Assembly (NCBI RefSeq): GCF_006345805.1
Contig: NC_043005.1
Location: 67,456,001 to 67,520,000, forward strand
Reading direction: 5' to 3'
DNA: 64,000 nucleotides
Source: Octopus sinensis
Taxonomy: Eukaryota
A model generated the notes under the pieces. That model ran no database searches. It was not told where the DNA came from and was given only the letters and a program-made list of their open reading frames with translations. Below, piece by piece: positions 38,496 to 52,101 of the stretch (the first letter of the stretch is position 1; every line of letters starts with the position of its first letter). The position numbers were made by a program, and so were the translations under genes.

Positions 38496-39399
38496 CCCAG
38501 AACTGCTAGAACATGAAACAAAATATTTTAATTTAGTTAATGTGATTTACGTTGTGAGCACAAATTCTGACGAGATCAATATTGTCTTTCATCATTCAGC
38601 GGTCGATAAATTATAATACCAGTCACACAGTTCATCATGATCGACTATAACCCAAGTTAATTTTGAGGCCTTGTGCCTTTGGAAGAAATCAATATTTGCT
38701 TTTCATACATTAAACCGATAATCAAGCAAGTTAGATCAATTAGAAATCTTGTTCGTGATCTTCTTATCTTTTTACATAACGATGCCAAATCTCTTGAAAT
38801 TATTCAACAAAAATATATTTTTATAAGGCAGAACAAGTTATTTCTCATTGATGCCCAATACCGAAATAAAAAAGGGTTAATATTTAATAATTGGATTCCT
38901 TTCATTTTGTTTCTCGTTACTCAGGGCTAAAAACAACATTAGATTTATAATTACTTCAAATGTAAGCCCTACTCATGATGCGATTTGATACATTACTGCG
39001 AATCAAACGGCAATTTCAAAAATTTCCTTAATTGTCTTTCATCTTCGTTTTCTTGTTCAGTGGTACGTGATTATTCTCTGAGCTTCAACTAAATACGAGC
39101 TGATTTTATCGAATTATTGACTAAATATCCCAAGAGACTCCATATTGCTTCGGCTAAATAGGCACCAGAGTATTCTGGTTTTTCAGAATTTGTCAATATC
39201 TATTGGTAACTTTTCTCATCTAGATTGTTATCGCAACTATAAACCTCAATCATTCGTTCATTCCTGTTTTCGTTGTTATTCATCCTTAGTACCATCTCTG
39301 AGAGAGCAGTCTCATAATGAGAGGAATGCTGTTCACATACATCAGCATTTTTTTTATATCAGGCACACTAAAGGGTAAAGAGTTCCTTCGGTCATGAAT

Positions 39400-39693
39400 G
39401 ACCACATGATTGCACCTAGAAATTTCCTTTTCCAAGCACAAGTCTGAGCAAAGTTGTTTATGGACGAGCAGCAGTCGCCTATGCATATCAGACGCCGATG
39501 TTACTCATGACAAAAGCAAAAGCAGATACTGCCTGGCACCAGTGACGTCGCAATTCATTTCTACAGCTAAGTGAACTGGAGCAACGTGACCTAAAATGTC
39601 TTGCTGAATAAAACAACACAGCAGTCTGGAAATCGAACTCACTACTCCATGACTGTAAGCCCGACACTCGAGCAACTGAGTCATGCGCCTTCA
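39400..39693 (-). mobile_element. tRNA-derived SINE, family D
   Basis: TGAAGGCGCATGACTCAGT..GTGAGTTCGATTTCC..GCAAGACA..CTCCAGTTCACTTAGCTG; related to 46880-47120. Confidence 0.7.
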
Positions 39694-39789
39694 GGCATTG
39701 TGCTGACCGAAATATTATCTAAACATACACTTTGATGAATCCAAATTGGAATCTAATATTGACTCATATGAACTGGATGAAATCTTCAG

Positions 39790-40400
39790 GTATGCCTAGA
39801 AGTGGTAGTCAGGGACATTAATTGGACAGGTGGCGTTAATGTCAATATCAAGCTACTAACACACCTCCGATTCGCATATGACCTGTTCTCATATTGGAAA
39901 GTACGGCACAGCTGCAGAATGACCGTGCTGATGGAGTAGGACACCCATAGCGCGGCATTTGGCCTTAAGATGAACCACATGGAAAGAAAATACACGTAGT
40001 TCGAATAGATGTGGGAAGTTAATGAAATCGAGGAAGTAAAGGAGTACGTCTATTTGGGACACCCAGTGAATATGCACCGAGACTCTTCAACAGAACGTAC
40101 TATTTGCGCTCTTATAGGCAAATGAGACATGGGTTATACGAAGAGAGAAAATTGATTGGCTATAGCCAAAATGCTATTGAAAATTAATTCTGGGAATATC
40201 ATTACACGAGCATTTTCGAAAAGATAATTTGAGAAAGTTGCAGTGTGAAGGATGTGTGTACAGAATACCGAAAACACAAGTTTTGGCTGGACCAGACATG
40301 TCACAACGTTTACAGAAACATGTGGGCCCGCGCAGTTGCCCAGTGCTATGCAATAGAAAGGAAAATATCGTTTGGAAATCAGTCTGGAACTCCAAATTCC
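39790..40400 (+). mobile_element. RTE-clade LINE RT 3' fragment
   Basis: CLEVVVRDINWTGGVNVNIKLLTHLRFAYDL (LRFADD motif), FGLKMN, YVYLG, W.RAV. Confidence 0.8.
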
Positions 40401-40429
40401 GCACGCAAATCAAAATCTAGCTGTCCATT

Positions 40430-40870
40430 GCAAGTGTCGAATCATTGCATTTTATATGACAGTGAATCGTGGACACTGACAAAGAAATTATCAAACGGAC
40501 TAAATGGATGCTACGAATGGCCCTAAATGGAAAATGGCAGCAACGTATGACAAATGAATGTCTTTATGGAGACCTGTGGAAAGTTAGAGAGAAGATCAGG
40601 TAAAGACAGATGTGACTGTCTGGTTACAGCTTGTGCCGCTCTGAGATGGAAGTATCCAAATTAGTCTTGTGGAACCCACTTTATAGTGATGTGAGAAGAG
40701 GAAAAATTTGCCACCCCTACATCGACAAGTTAATTGCAGATACTGGCCTAGAATGTATCCAGGACCTCGAGGCAGTGATGATGAACAGAGAAGTGTGGCA
40801 GGTAGACTTTGCTGCTGCGGTCCGGGTTGGAACCCGGCCATAATAATAAATAATTTACTCACTCCCTGAC
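40430..40870 (+). mobile_element. Second RTE/RTE-X LINE 3' end
   Basis: ILYDSESWTLTK..NGLNGCYE, CRSEMEVSKLVLWNP..RRG..YIDKLIADTGL..LEAVMMNREVW, with short-repeat tail. Confidence 0.8.
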
Positions 40871-41707
40871 TGCTTCCTAGTAATTAGCCCACATGATTCC
40901 TAGTCCTTAATCCTAGTAATTAATTAGGCAGTAATCCGAAATGAATACCGAGACATCTACTGTCGTTTTCCATTTTGAATCTCGTCAGGTTTTTATTACA
41001 CTAAGGTCTTAGTACGGAAAATAATTTCGCAATGCGACTACATCTTTACTATTTGTATTATATATCACTGCATATATTCATACCAAATTTCAAGTCTGAT
41101 ATAACTATTGCTAAAATATTGCAAGGAAGATACAATAATAGTATATTGGCTCGTTGATTGGAATATAAATTTGATCAATTACTTTACACCAGTAATCTTC
41201 AGGATAAAATGTAACTGTTTTTGATTAATTTTCTGCACAGGTTACACATGAGAATAGAATATTTGTATCATTAATTCACTGTCTACGATAAGCGAAAAAG
41301 ACCGAAATAATTTGTATCTCTTGGTAAAAGGAACGTGTATTGAATTTACGTTAGACTTCATGTCTTAGAAATAGCATATTTCGATGCCTTTAACCAAAAA
41401 GAGAAAATTCTTTCTTTTTTTAATTTACTCATCACATTACACTGATGAAACCAGTAAAAATGGCAGATGGACGAAAAAAGAAATAAACAAAACACACGGG
41501 AAAACATTACTGTTTGGAAAACAGAAGACAACTGATAAAATTTCTAAAAAATATAATAGACATTAAAAAAATAACTTGAATAATGAAAGCTTCCTCTCCC
41601 ATCTTTAATGTGAAATGTATATGTATATATGTGTGTGTGTGTGTGTGTGTGCGTGCGCGTGTGTGTGTATGTATAATATATATATATATACACACATATA
41701 TATATAC

Positions 41708-41758
<51 letters not shown>

Positions 41759-41908
41759 CATATATATATACATATATACATATACATATATATATACATA
41801 TATACATATACATATACATACACATACTATATATATATATATATATATACATGTACATATACATATACATATATATATATACATACATATACGTATATAT
41901 ATATATGT

Positions 41909-41986
<78 letters not shown>

Positions 41987-42271
41987 CACATATGGCATTT
42001 AAAGTTTATGACAGTTGTTGCGGTGGAAATTGTCCAGATTGATGTATGACATCTCACCTGTTAGTAATCATACCGGTTTAAAATTTTACCTGCAGATGTT
42101 GATTATACATTATGATGTAATCGATGCATACATAAATAAAGCATTATCGAGACATCAGAGAAATTGTACCTTAAATTTGAAACTAAATTTGTGTTCTCTT
42201 TTTACAAGTACAGCACAACTGGAAACAACTCCAGACTTGGATCTACGGTTTAAATTAGATTCGGTATTTTT

Positions 42272-42672
42272 TTGTTATCTCAACCCCATTAAAAAAATTG
42301 GGTTATCTTCTCTAACAAAAAAAATTGTTTAACCCTCAATAAATCAAAACAAAAAATCAAAAATTTATAAACATGAAAAGTGAAAAGATTAAACATCTTA
42401 TTGAATTTGATAATCGTTTTATAACAAATCATACAAATCTGAAAAAATTAATAAACATGAAAACTGAAAAAATAAGCATTTTATTGAATCTCACATTTTT
42501 ATAACACATCATACCATATCTATTGAGGAGGCCAAATGTCAACAATGTGTTGGAGTATTGAATCAAAAGGATCTGACCCTTTTACTCCAATCTCTTGTCG
42601 TCACATAAACACAACATTTTAGGGGGAGATAACACAATTTTTAATGGCAATTTTTTAATGGGGGTGAGATAA
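42272..42672. mobile_element. Old MITE-like element with nested inverted subterminal repeats
   Basis: TTATCTCAACCCCATTAAAAAAATT (42275-42299) versus AATTTTTTAATGGGGGTGAGATAA (42649-42672), a second inner pair, and an internal ~80-90-bp tandem duplication. Confidence 0.5.
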
Positions 42673-43745
42673 CCGAAATGTACCTTGGATTTGGAACAAC
42701 AGTATCCAGCCAACACTTGATATCTTCATAGTTGTTTAGGTCACTCAGAACTCTCTGTCATCGTCCCTACTCTGAACTAATGTGCTATGCATTCATGGAC
42801 CTAGATTTATGCGTTCTTCGGCCTAGACTTTATACATTGATGGGCCTAGTGTACGTTGATGTTATTACTGTGACTATTATTATCATCCCTATCACTACTA
42901 CTACCATTACTATTCTTATTATTAGTAGTTTTATTGTTAATAAAGGGCTATTCTATTATATAATTTGATAATTCAATTTAATTTATGAATATCGATAATT
43001 TTGTTCCCTTATTTTCCTTTAATATTAATTTTATTTATTTAGGAGTTTATATTTATTCAGCTACTCTACTTACTATTGTTTACTTGATTTTTGTATTACG
43101 CATCATTCAATCACTTAAACCGATTAAATGTATGTTTAGACTAATGAACACATCGTGACGCACACTCGCGTCTATGGTTTATTAATTTGTCTTTTGATGT
43201 AAGAATTCAACAAATTTCTTCAACACACAGTTCCTACCATTTGCTTTCTCTACTATATGGTTTAGCTCTACTAATTATTTTCCAGGTAATTTCACATTCC
43301 TTATCATTATCTTTTATTGGCCACAATAGTAACAACAACAACATCACCATGCGCTAAGAAACCTAATAGAAAATATACTATCATTCACTACTCAAAGGAT
43401 AAAACACATTTGCTTACTACTGACTCATTCTTGGACAGTTAGTCACTTGTTATTATAAGCAGCAGAGTTGAAAAGTTCAGAATTTAGGTTATTTTTAGAA
43501 TACTAAAAATACGTGTATGAAGCATTTTGGTTGTACATGTATTTAGTGCAAATGGGATCTGAAACGCTGTTCATAGCAACCCGAAGAAGCAACAATTATC
43601 ACCAAAACGCACACCAAGATGCAAAATTTTGCAGGGTGCACAACATTGCAACAGAATCATATGTAGGCGCAAAAATGGAATGGCGTGATTGACTGCAAAA
43701 TAAAACAAGATGATAAATCTCTTTTCTTCTTCTTCTTAAAATATA

Positions 43746-44165
43746 GGCACAGGAGTGGCTGTGTGGTAAGCAGCTTGCTTACCAACCACATGGTTCCGGG
43801 CTCAGTTTCACTGCGTGCCACCTTGGGCAAGTGTCTTCTACTATAGCCTCGGGCCGACCAAAGTCTTGTGTGTGGATTTGGTGGACGGAAACTGAAAGAA
43901 GCCCGTCGTATATATGTATATGTATATATATATAATATATATATATATATACATATGCGTGTGTTTGTGTGTATGTCGCCACCAACATCGCTTGACAACC
44001 GATGCTGGTGTGTTTCTGACCCCGTAACTTAGCGGTTCGGCAAAAGATACCGACAGAATAAGTATTGGGCTTACAAAAAAGTCCTCAGACCGATTTGCTC
44101 GACTAAATGCGATGCTCCAGCATGGGCGCAGTCAAATAACTGAAACAAGTAAAAGAGTAAAAGAG
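43746..44165 (+). mobile_element. Family A SINE, full length
   Basis: Same head, body and tail as 4327-4738. Confidence 0.88.
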
Positions 44166-44198
<33 letters not shown>

Positions 44199-44200
44199 TT

Positions 44201-44255
<55 letters not shown>

Positions 44256-44339
44256 GACATATATATATAGACATATTTACATATATAGACATATAATATA
44301 TATACATATATATACATAAATATATACATATATATATTA

Positions 44340-44430
44340 TATTAAATTACAGATAAAACCACTATTAGGCATATCAAACAATGAAAAACATAAGCCAATA
44401 CATAAAATTAATTTAATTTATATTATCTTA
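44340..44430 (-). mobile_element. PLE 3' end fragment related to the 8-kb element
   Basis: ATTACAGATAAAACCACTATTAGGCATATCAAAC..AATACATAAAATT is homologous to 51973-52037 and abuts (AT)n at the same position. Confidence 0.6.
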
Positions 44431-44685
44431 AATATATACCAAAAGTATTAAAAGTTTACTAAAAGATATATATATATACATACATATATAACATATATAT
44501 ATACATATATATATATACATACATATATATATATATATACATATATATACATACATACATATATACATATATATACATACATATATATATACATATATAT
44601 ATCTACATACATATATATACATATATATGTACATATATATACATATATATGTACATATATGTACATATATATATATATATATATG

Positions 44686-44723
<38 letters not shown>

Positions 44724-45524
44724 ATATATATATAATATATATATATATAAACATGCATACACACACAAACATACACATATTAAGATGACGCCGTTAGCAG
44801 GAAAGCTCCAGAATCTAAAGGAAGGAAGGGAAAATAAAAATGTATTAAAATAATCTAAAATAAGTTGAAATGAGGTCTGAAAAGGTTTCATTTTACTGAT
44901 ATATTTAGGGATATTCACCAGTACATTATATGCAGGTATATATGTGTATATATATACCTGTATACACATTCATATAAACATGCATTCAGACATGTATACG
45001 CATTCATATATACATGCATACAGACATGTATACACATTCATATATACATGCATACAGACATGTATACATACATAAAATGCATACACAACATATGAGGAGT
45101 TACATATCTACAAATATATATATATATATATATATATGTACATACACATATATACGTACGTACATACATACATACATATATACATACACACAACGAGACA
45201 CACATATGCAATCATATGTTAAATGTTCATAAATTAGCAGGTTACCTACTAATGAGATGCACCTCCCAAATTTTTATTTTCTCGATTAAGAACTTCCTTA
45301 TCAACAGTAGTTGTCACGTAGTTCAACCCAGAACAGATATCTACACATGTATTGCTGCTTATTAAAAATATCCTATCGTAATTCTATGTCTAGACAGGAT
45401 CCATTTTGAAATAATATAATGATACTAGTAAATTACATGTTAAGAGAAAAATTATACTATTTTCAATCTATCAATAGTTCTATCTATTTATTTACAACTG
45501 TCACGGCACTCCCACATTCTTCTT

Positions 45525-46025
45525 AATCTTCTTCTTCTTCTTCTTCTTCTTCTTCTTCTTCTTCTCTTCTTTCTTCTTCTTCTCCCCACCCTTCCTCTTC
45601 TTTTCTTCTTCTTCTTCTTCTCCTCTTCTTCTCTTCCTCTTCTTCTTCTTTCACTTCTTTTCCATTCTTCTTCTTCTTCTTCTCCTCCTCCCCTTCTTCT
45701 TCTCCACACCCTTCCTCTTCTTTTTTCTTCTTCTTCTTCTTCTTCTTCTTCTTCTCCTCCACTTCTTCTTCTCTTCCTCTTCTTCTTCTTCTTCTTTCAC
45801 TTCTTTTCCCCTTCTTCTTCTTCTTCTTCTTCTCCTCCCCTTCTTCTTCTCCACACCCTTCCTCTTCTTCTTTTTTCTTCTTCTTCTTTCTTCTTATTCT
45901 CCTCCTCCTCCCCTTCTTCTTCTCCACACCCTTCCTCTTCTTTTCTTCTTCTTCTTCTCCTCCTCCTCTCCTTCCTCTCATCCGCCTCCTTCTTCTTCTT
46001 CTTCTTCTTCTTCTTCTACTTCTTC
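45525..46025. repeat. (CTT)n-based pyrimidine tract with higher-order repeats
   Basis: TCTCCACACCCTTCCTCTTC and TTTCACTTCTTTTCC motifs recur within (TTC)n. Confidence 0.9.
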
Positions 46026-46879
46026 CCTACCAAGAATTCACAACGACCTCGAACCGACAAGAGTAAACAAGAGAGACAGAGTCTGGAAGAAACAAGGAAA
46101 ATGCCACTTGTATTTGAACACTATGCAAATATTCTTTAAAAAAAAAAAACTTCTTTTAATTTTTCCAAAATTTAATTGTTTTCTATACTTACAGTTCAAA
46201 AAGTCTCATTGACTGAAACTGGTACTGAAATGTTTTTTGTGAAATTATTTTACCATTTTCTATCTTGACATTTTTCCACATATATATATATATATGGTTC
46301 TCCAGAATGACCGCGGCCGCATTGCAGAAACGAGTAAAAGGGTTTATATATACAGATAGATAAGAGTAAATGTAAGGGAAAGCAAGTTACGCAAGTCGAT
46401 GTTCAAAAAATATCAAATACATTAAATATAAAAAATGTAAATATGTACATTATTTAGTATTAAATGTATTTAATATTCTTTAGTGTATCGACTTGCCTAA
46501 CTTGCTTTTCAAATCTCTTGAGCACTACGAAATATATCCTATACAGAGAAGACCTGTCTCTAATCTATACATCATATGCCACATCTGCTGGCCCTGAGGT
46601 GAATATTTGTACATACATTATAGCAGTCATACGGTTTCGCAGACTGTCATCGCTTAATTGTTCTCTTAATGCTGCATGAATGTGAGTTTTCAGTTTTGCT
46701 ATGGACCAACATTCATTTGCATAAAATTGACAACGCTGGACGCCTGTTACTGTCGGTGTTGCCACCTACATTGACATATGTCTTAATTCCATTATGTAAT
46801 CTTTTATTGTTTTTTTGCATTTTTCGTCTACGGTGAGCCATAATACATAATGAAGACATTAAATACCAAGTGAACATAC

Positions 46880-47120
46880 TTGGATTAGCGGTTAGGGTAT
46901 TCGGCTCGCGATCGTGAGTTCGATTCCTGGTTGTGCAATGTGTCCTTGGGCAAGATATTTTATTTCACAATTCTCCAGTTCACTCAGCCGCAAATATGAA
47001 TGCTACATATATTTCAAAAAGGGCCAGACATGTCACATTCTTTGTCACACTGAATCTTTTGAGACGTATGTTAAGGATACGCGTATCTCCGAAATGTTCC
47101 TCCATTTGCACTTTAATTTC
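46880..47120 (+). mobile_element. tRNA-derived SINE, family D
   Basis: AGCGGTTAGGGTATTCGGCTCGCGATCGTGAGTTCGATTCC..GTGTCCTTGGGCAAG..CTCCAGTTCACTCAGC. Confidence 0.7.
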
Positions 47121-47359
47121 ACGAGTAGGTTCTCCCATTGAGCAGATCAATTGTAACCCTCATCGTCGTACTCGGAGGAGTACCAGTTAGTTAACTACCA
47201 AGTGATGTCGGAGGCTAAAGCTATTTAAAGTGAAGAAATGTTTTTTCAATGAGCCAGTCGCATTTCTAAGCGACGAATGCATATGTCTAAAAAGAATTAC
47301 TCCACACCTATTGAATTCCATCGAAGTCCTGTTACGCTAGAAATTTCTTTCGCCTAGAA

Positions 47360-47731
47360 CAGGGATTCTCAACCGTATTTTCTTTATGGACCGTTTTGAT
47401 TACTATTTTATTCTGGTGAACTCCCATAACCATTCGATGTTTAAAAACTAATTTTATACAAACCGCTTTCAAAATTCCTATTTTGTTTTTCTCACATTGA
47501 CTTGTGTCGGTTGAACTATGTAATGTAAAATGTTAGAGAAAGAAACCTAATTTTTGCAATACGCACCAATACATACAGCTTAAGCAAGACTTTTTTCAGG
47601 GGCCCTTGAAATACTATTGTAGATCCCCAATTAAGCATTTTGTAACAGGGACCCCATCACCCACCCTATCCGAAAACAGATATCTTATATGGACCCTCAG
47701 GGGCCATATAGACCCCGGTTGAGAAGCACTG
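47360..47731. mobile_element. hAT (Charlie-like) MITE
   Basis: TIRs CAGGGATTCTCAACC / (rc) CAGTGCTTCTCAACC. Left flank GCCTAGAA fits the nTCTAGAn target preference; the right TSD is not preserved. Confidence 0.7.
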
Positions 47732-47982
47732 AACAACAAAAATATCTAAACAAAGACCAGAGGAATATCATTCCTAGCTGCTGGATGGCAATTGACTGTA
47801 CTGTATTCATCCACCCATTGAAGGTTTGTGTCTCCTTCAGCAGGGCGTCCAACCAAAACTACCATCACGTTTGATGGTATGTACGACAACAAAAGGTTTG
47901 AAGCTACCCTTCCACGCTGCAATTGCTTTTGTTTCAGCACACGATCTCAGATCAAGTCACTTGCTATGCATGTACATATCCG

Positions 47983-48020
<38 letters not shown>

Positions 48021-48194
48021 ATATATATATAGCGAAATAATAGGTCAACTAATTATTGATACTTTGAGGCCTTGCTTTGTAAGTTAGTTGCAATAATTGT
48101 ATAAACTCAAAAATTCCTTTCATCATCAAAAGTGAATGGAAATATCAAAACGTTTTCCTGGCGCCCACATATATACGGATATCACGTGTAAAGC

Positions 48195-48430
48195 AGAAGA
48201 AGAAGAAAAAAAAGAGGAAGAAGAAGAAAAGAAGAAGAAGAAGAAGAAGAAGAAGAGGAGGAGGATGGGGAGGAGGAGCAGCAGGAAGGGAGAAGCAGGA
48301 GGAGAAGATGGAAGAGGTAGAAGAAGGAGGAAAATATGAAGAAAATGATGAGGATGAGGAGGAGGAGGAGAAGCGGAGGAGGAATTAGAAGAAGAAGAAC
48401 AACAACAACAACCACAAAAACAACAACAAG
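48195..48430. repeat. (GAA)n/(GGA)n/(AAC)n compound microsatellite
   Basis: Direct inspection. Confidence 0.9.
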
Positions 48431-49073
48431 GGCAAAGATAAAATACAACGTTATATTCAAGTATCCCACGCAAATTTGATAATAGTAAAAAATAAATAAT
48501 ATAAAACATGAGACATGTGAAAAACACCAGTAATGGAATAGATGTGGAACTCTAATACAATAAATAAATATATAATTTCCACACGTAAATATGATAGTAT
48601 ACCTCCATTTTGGAGGTATCAGATTACGAATGCATAAAAAACACATTAGCGATAAATTCCGGATTTTGTATATTATAACGCTTTTGAAGTAACCAGAGCA
48701 GATAAGAAGACAAGACAGCATACCAGAGGTCACTGCCAAGCCGTGATAGTGACGCAGTTTCCGATTCGTTTCCGAAGATTAATGGCTCAGCTCTATATGT
48801 AACATTGTTTGGGAGAAAAAGAATTCAGCAAGAGTCATACAAATGTCATTCCAAAGACGAAGCAAACAGCAACATCAAAAGCTGTGGGAGCAGTTGTCAA
48901 TGTGAAATATGTGGATGAATCTGGACATGTAAATATGTGGCACATACTGTTGGATGTGTAACATGTGGGGCAAAATGATGAGGTCGAAAGCTAGCACGAA
49001 GAGTCATACATCATATTCGGCGACGAGTTGTCATGTAATGCGTTTGTGTGTCTGAGTCTGTGTCTGTGTGTGC

Positions 49074-49185
<112 letters not shown>

Positions 49186-51789
49186 GTGTGTGTGTGTTGA
49201 AAAATACAGATGAGAAAATAATTTTATGTCTGTGCATGTGTGTAATTGTTTTTGGCTACGTTAATAGGTAACTCAGAATATACGCAGGCTTTAAAACCAT
49301 TCAAAGGGTTCTGAGAATTGTTGTAGAAGGCGAAGATATTTTCTGCAGAGCGACGAATTGTTCCGAATGCTTACAACAGGTTAGACTATGTAAAACGTTC
49401 GTCACAAAAGAGCAGGAATGTTTCTTCGGATAAATTTCTATAATAACAACTCTGATGACTCAGTCAGAAACGTAACGAACAACGCTCTGAAAGCTCTGCA
49501 AAACGTAATCTGTAACGGTAACTACTTTGTATACATGTCCTCAATACGTATCTCTCAGAAGAACAGTTCACATAGCAGTCAATACCTGTATGAAGCATAG
49601 ACCAATACTGACGAGGATAATACTGACGAATAAAATTTTGTAAGCCTCTTTTACTTTTGTGAGGCCTTATTGGCATAATATTGGTGTTGCAGTACTCGGC
49701 AATTTGATTTGAATACTGACGACATATGATAACTTATTTGCAATGATCCACTGTTTAAATCCTCATCCATAATGATGGTAATGAGATTGTAATGAGGAGG
49801 AAGGTTAGGTGGAAGCGGAGAATATCAAATCTACAGACTAGTCTTAATCATATATACTTGAATATACTTGAATATACTTGAGTGAATTTCTCTCAATTCT
49901 CAGCAAGTACTTCCACGCTATACAGAAGTGTATACTTGCTGGAAGAACAGAATAAGCCTGCTTCATCGAAAACATATAATGACTGAGCAATTTATCGTCA
50001 AATATGTTTAGCAAGTCTCGACTTAAGATGATTGACATGCCTCGACTCAAAACGTTATCTAAGTCGTGGCTCCTGGAGATGAATAATTTCGAGTGATTTA
50101 ATTTGATTTTTTTAAATTATGCCTTGCTGAAAACAATGGCAAAATAAAATAAATATTATGTTCGTTATTAAGTGTCAAGTTTTTCTCTCTTATATATAGC
50201 TAAGGTATCCATTCGTAATTCTATTTCTGCACAAGACTTTTTTTTCAAATAATATGAATAAATTTTGTAGATAATTATCGATGACACATTCTCATGCTTA
50301 CCGTCAGATTCATCTATAACTCTTAGCACGACTAGCTTTAGTGCAATACTAAAGCCACATTAATACATTTATCACTTACACTACTCAATATGATGGTCTG
50401 TAGAAACCATATGATTCACGTTCTAAATATTATCAAGAGACCCCCAGCCGCTCCTTCTTTGAGCAGTCATTTAGCTACTTGTTTTGCACTTTCCTCGAAG
50501 AGTTGGTTAACTAGCTTTCCAGTTCTTATGCGACTGTCCCGAAAGTATTTTTATTCTTCTTTCTGTATATACCATTTTGTCTTGATCTTTCTTTCTTCTT
50601 TTTTTATTATCTTTTAGTATATTTCTTTCTTTTTAACGCATTGAAATCGTGACAATGTTCGATATAATTTCTTTCATCATTACGTTGAAATTTTCTTCAT
50701 TCACCCACCTTCCTATGGTCTCTTATTCTCCTACGTTTTAAGAAATATTACACTATTGTGTTAGATATGATGTCATACGTTGCTGCTGCAGTTGTCGTCT
50801 AGCATCAGGACGATTCTAATCAAACAGACCTATACCAAAGGCATGCAGCCATTCCGCCGATTAGATTTAATAAATTGTGGTTTTGGTTGTAGTCATCACT
50901 CTTGATGTTAATGGCTGATGTTGGTTTCGTCATCGTTGTCGTCGATGTTATTGTTGCTGTTGTTTAGCCTACGGTTAAATCTAATGGATTATATCTATTG
51001 TGAAATGCGCTCCAGCTATGATGATTCATGTTTATGAACTCATCTGACCTCAACCAGAACTGGTATTATAGTTGTAGCACCATGTTACTTTGCTATTGTT
51101 CATTTACTCCGGTTCTAACCTTTTATTTTCTTTACGTGTTTTGTTACTGGTATCAGTCCTTAGAGAAGACTCAATTTAATTGCTTGACCTTCTAAAATAA
51201 CTTCAAAATATCCCTCATAACCCACCCTACCGTGCAAAGGAATGACGTTCGATTGCAAACTACGAGATACACTAGACTGGAAAATAAAAATCGACTGTCA
51301 GCAATGGAACGTCTTTAACAATAGGTTTCATTCACTGGACTTGATTCTGCGACTATACATCAACAAAAATAATAAAATTGTATTGTTTGCTATTATAGAT
51401 AGTAGGTGCATATAAAGAGAAAATGAAAGGTAAATCTATAATTAACAACGAAGTGAGGATGACCTTAAACTAAACACTACTTCCATTCAATGCATGCAGA
51501 AAAGCGAAGGATGAAACAATACGACAATAAATAAGATACTAAATCATATCAGAGAGAGAGAGAGAGAGAGCGATATAGAAAAAGCGAAACAAACAGTAAA
51601 AAAGTACTTCAATACGAATCTGTACCTGTTATTGTTCGTATAATGAATATGTATAACTACGTAAGTTTTAAATGATTTTTTATTTCCTTATCTCTGATCC
51701 CATTATAACGAATCCTTCGTCTTTATCCAATGAGCGAATGCTTCTTTAGCCTTTCAATATTCATACACACACGGATGCATATGTGTGTG

Positions 51790-51829
<40 letters not shown>

Positions 51830-51887
51830 ATTATATTATATATATATACACTTGTATGCACACACACACACGAACCCCCCACACCAG

Positions 51888-51945
<58 letters not shown>

Positions 51946-52058
51946 TATATATATATATATATATAAAATATTATTAGAGACAAAACCACTATTTTGCAAA
52001 ACAAACAAGGAAAGACTTAATCAATACATAAAATTTTAATAAATAGTCAAAAAAACCG

Positions 52059-52101
52059 CTACTACAATTGTTTCTTGTCTTGATCGACAATCTTCAGGTG
52101 G
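52059..52101 (-). ncRNA. Type I hammerhead motif, left arm
   Basis: Mirror of 59989-60031. Confidence 0.6.

Noticed and set aside
45488-48739. Poly-E/K/R and poly-S/L ORFs
   Set aside because: These are translations of (CTT)n and (GAA/GGA)n tracts without splice or domain support.
49452-49475. CTGATGA...GAAAC motif
   Set aside because: The only stem (TGAC/GTCA) sequesters core nucleotides, and there is no stem I or III.
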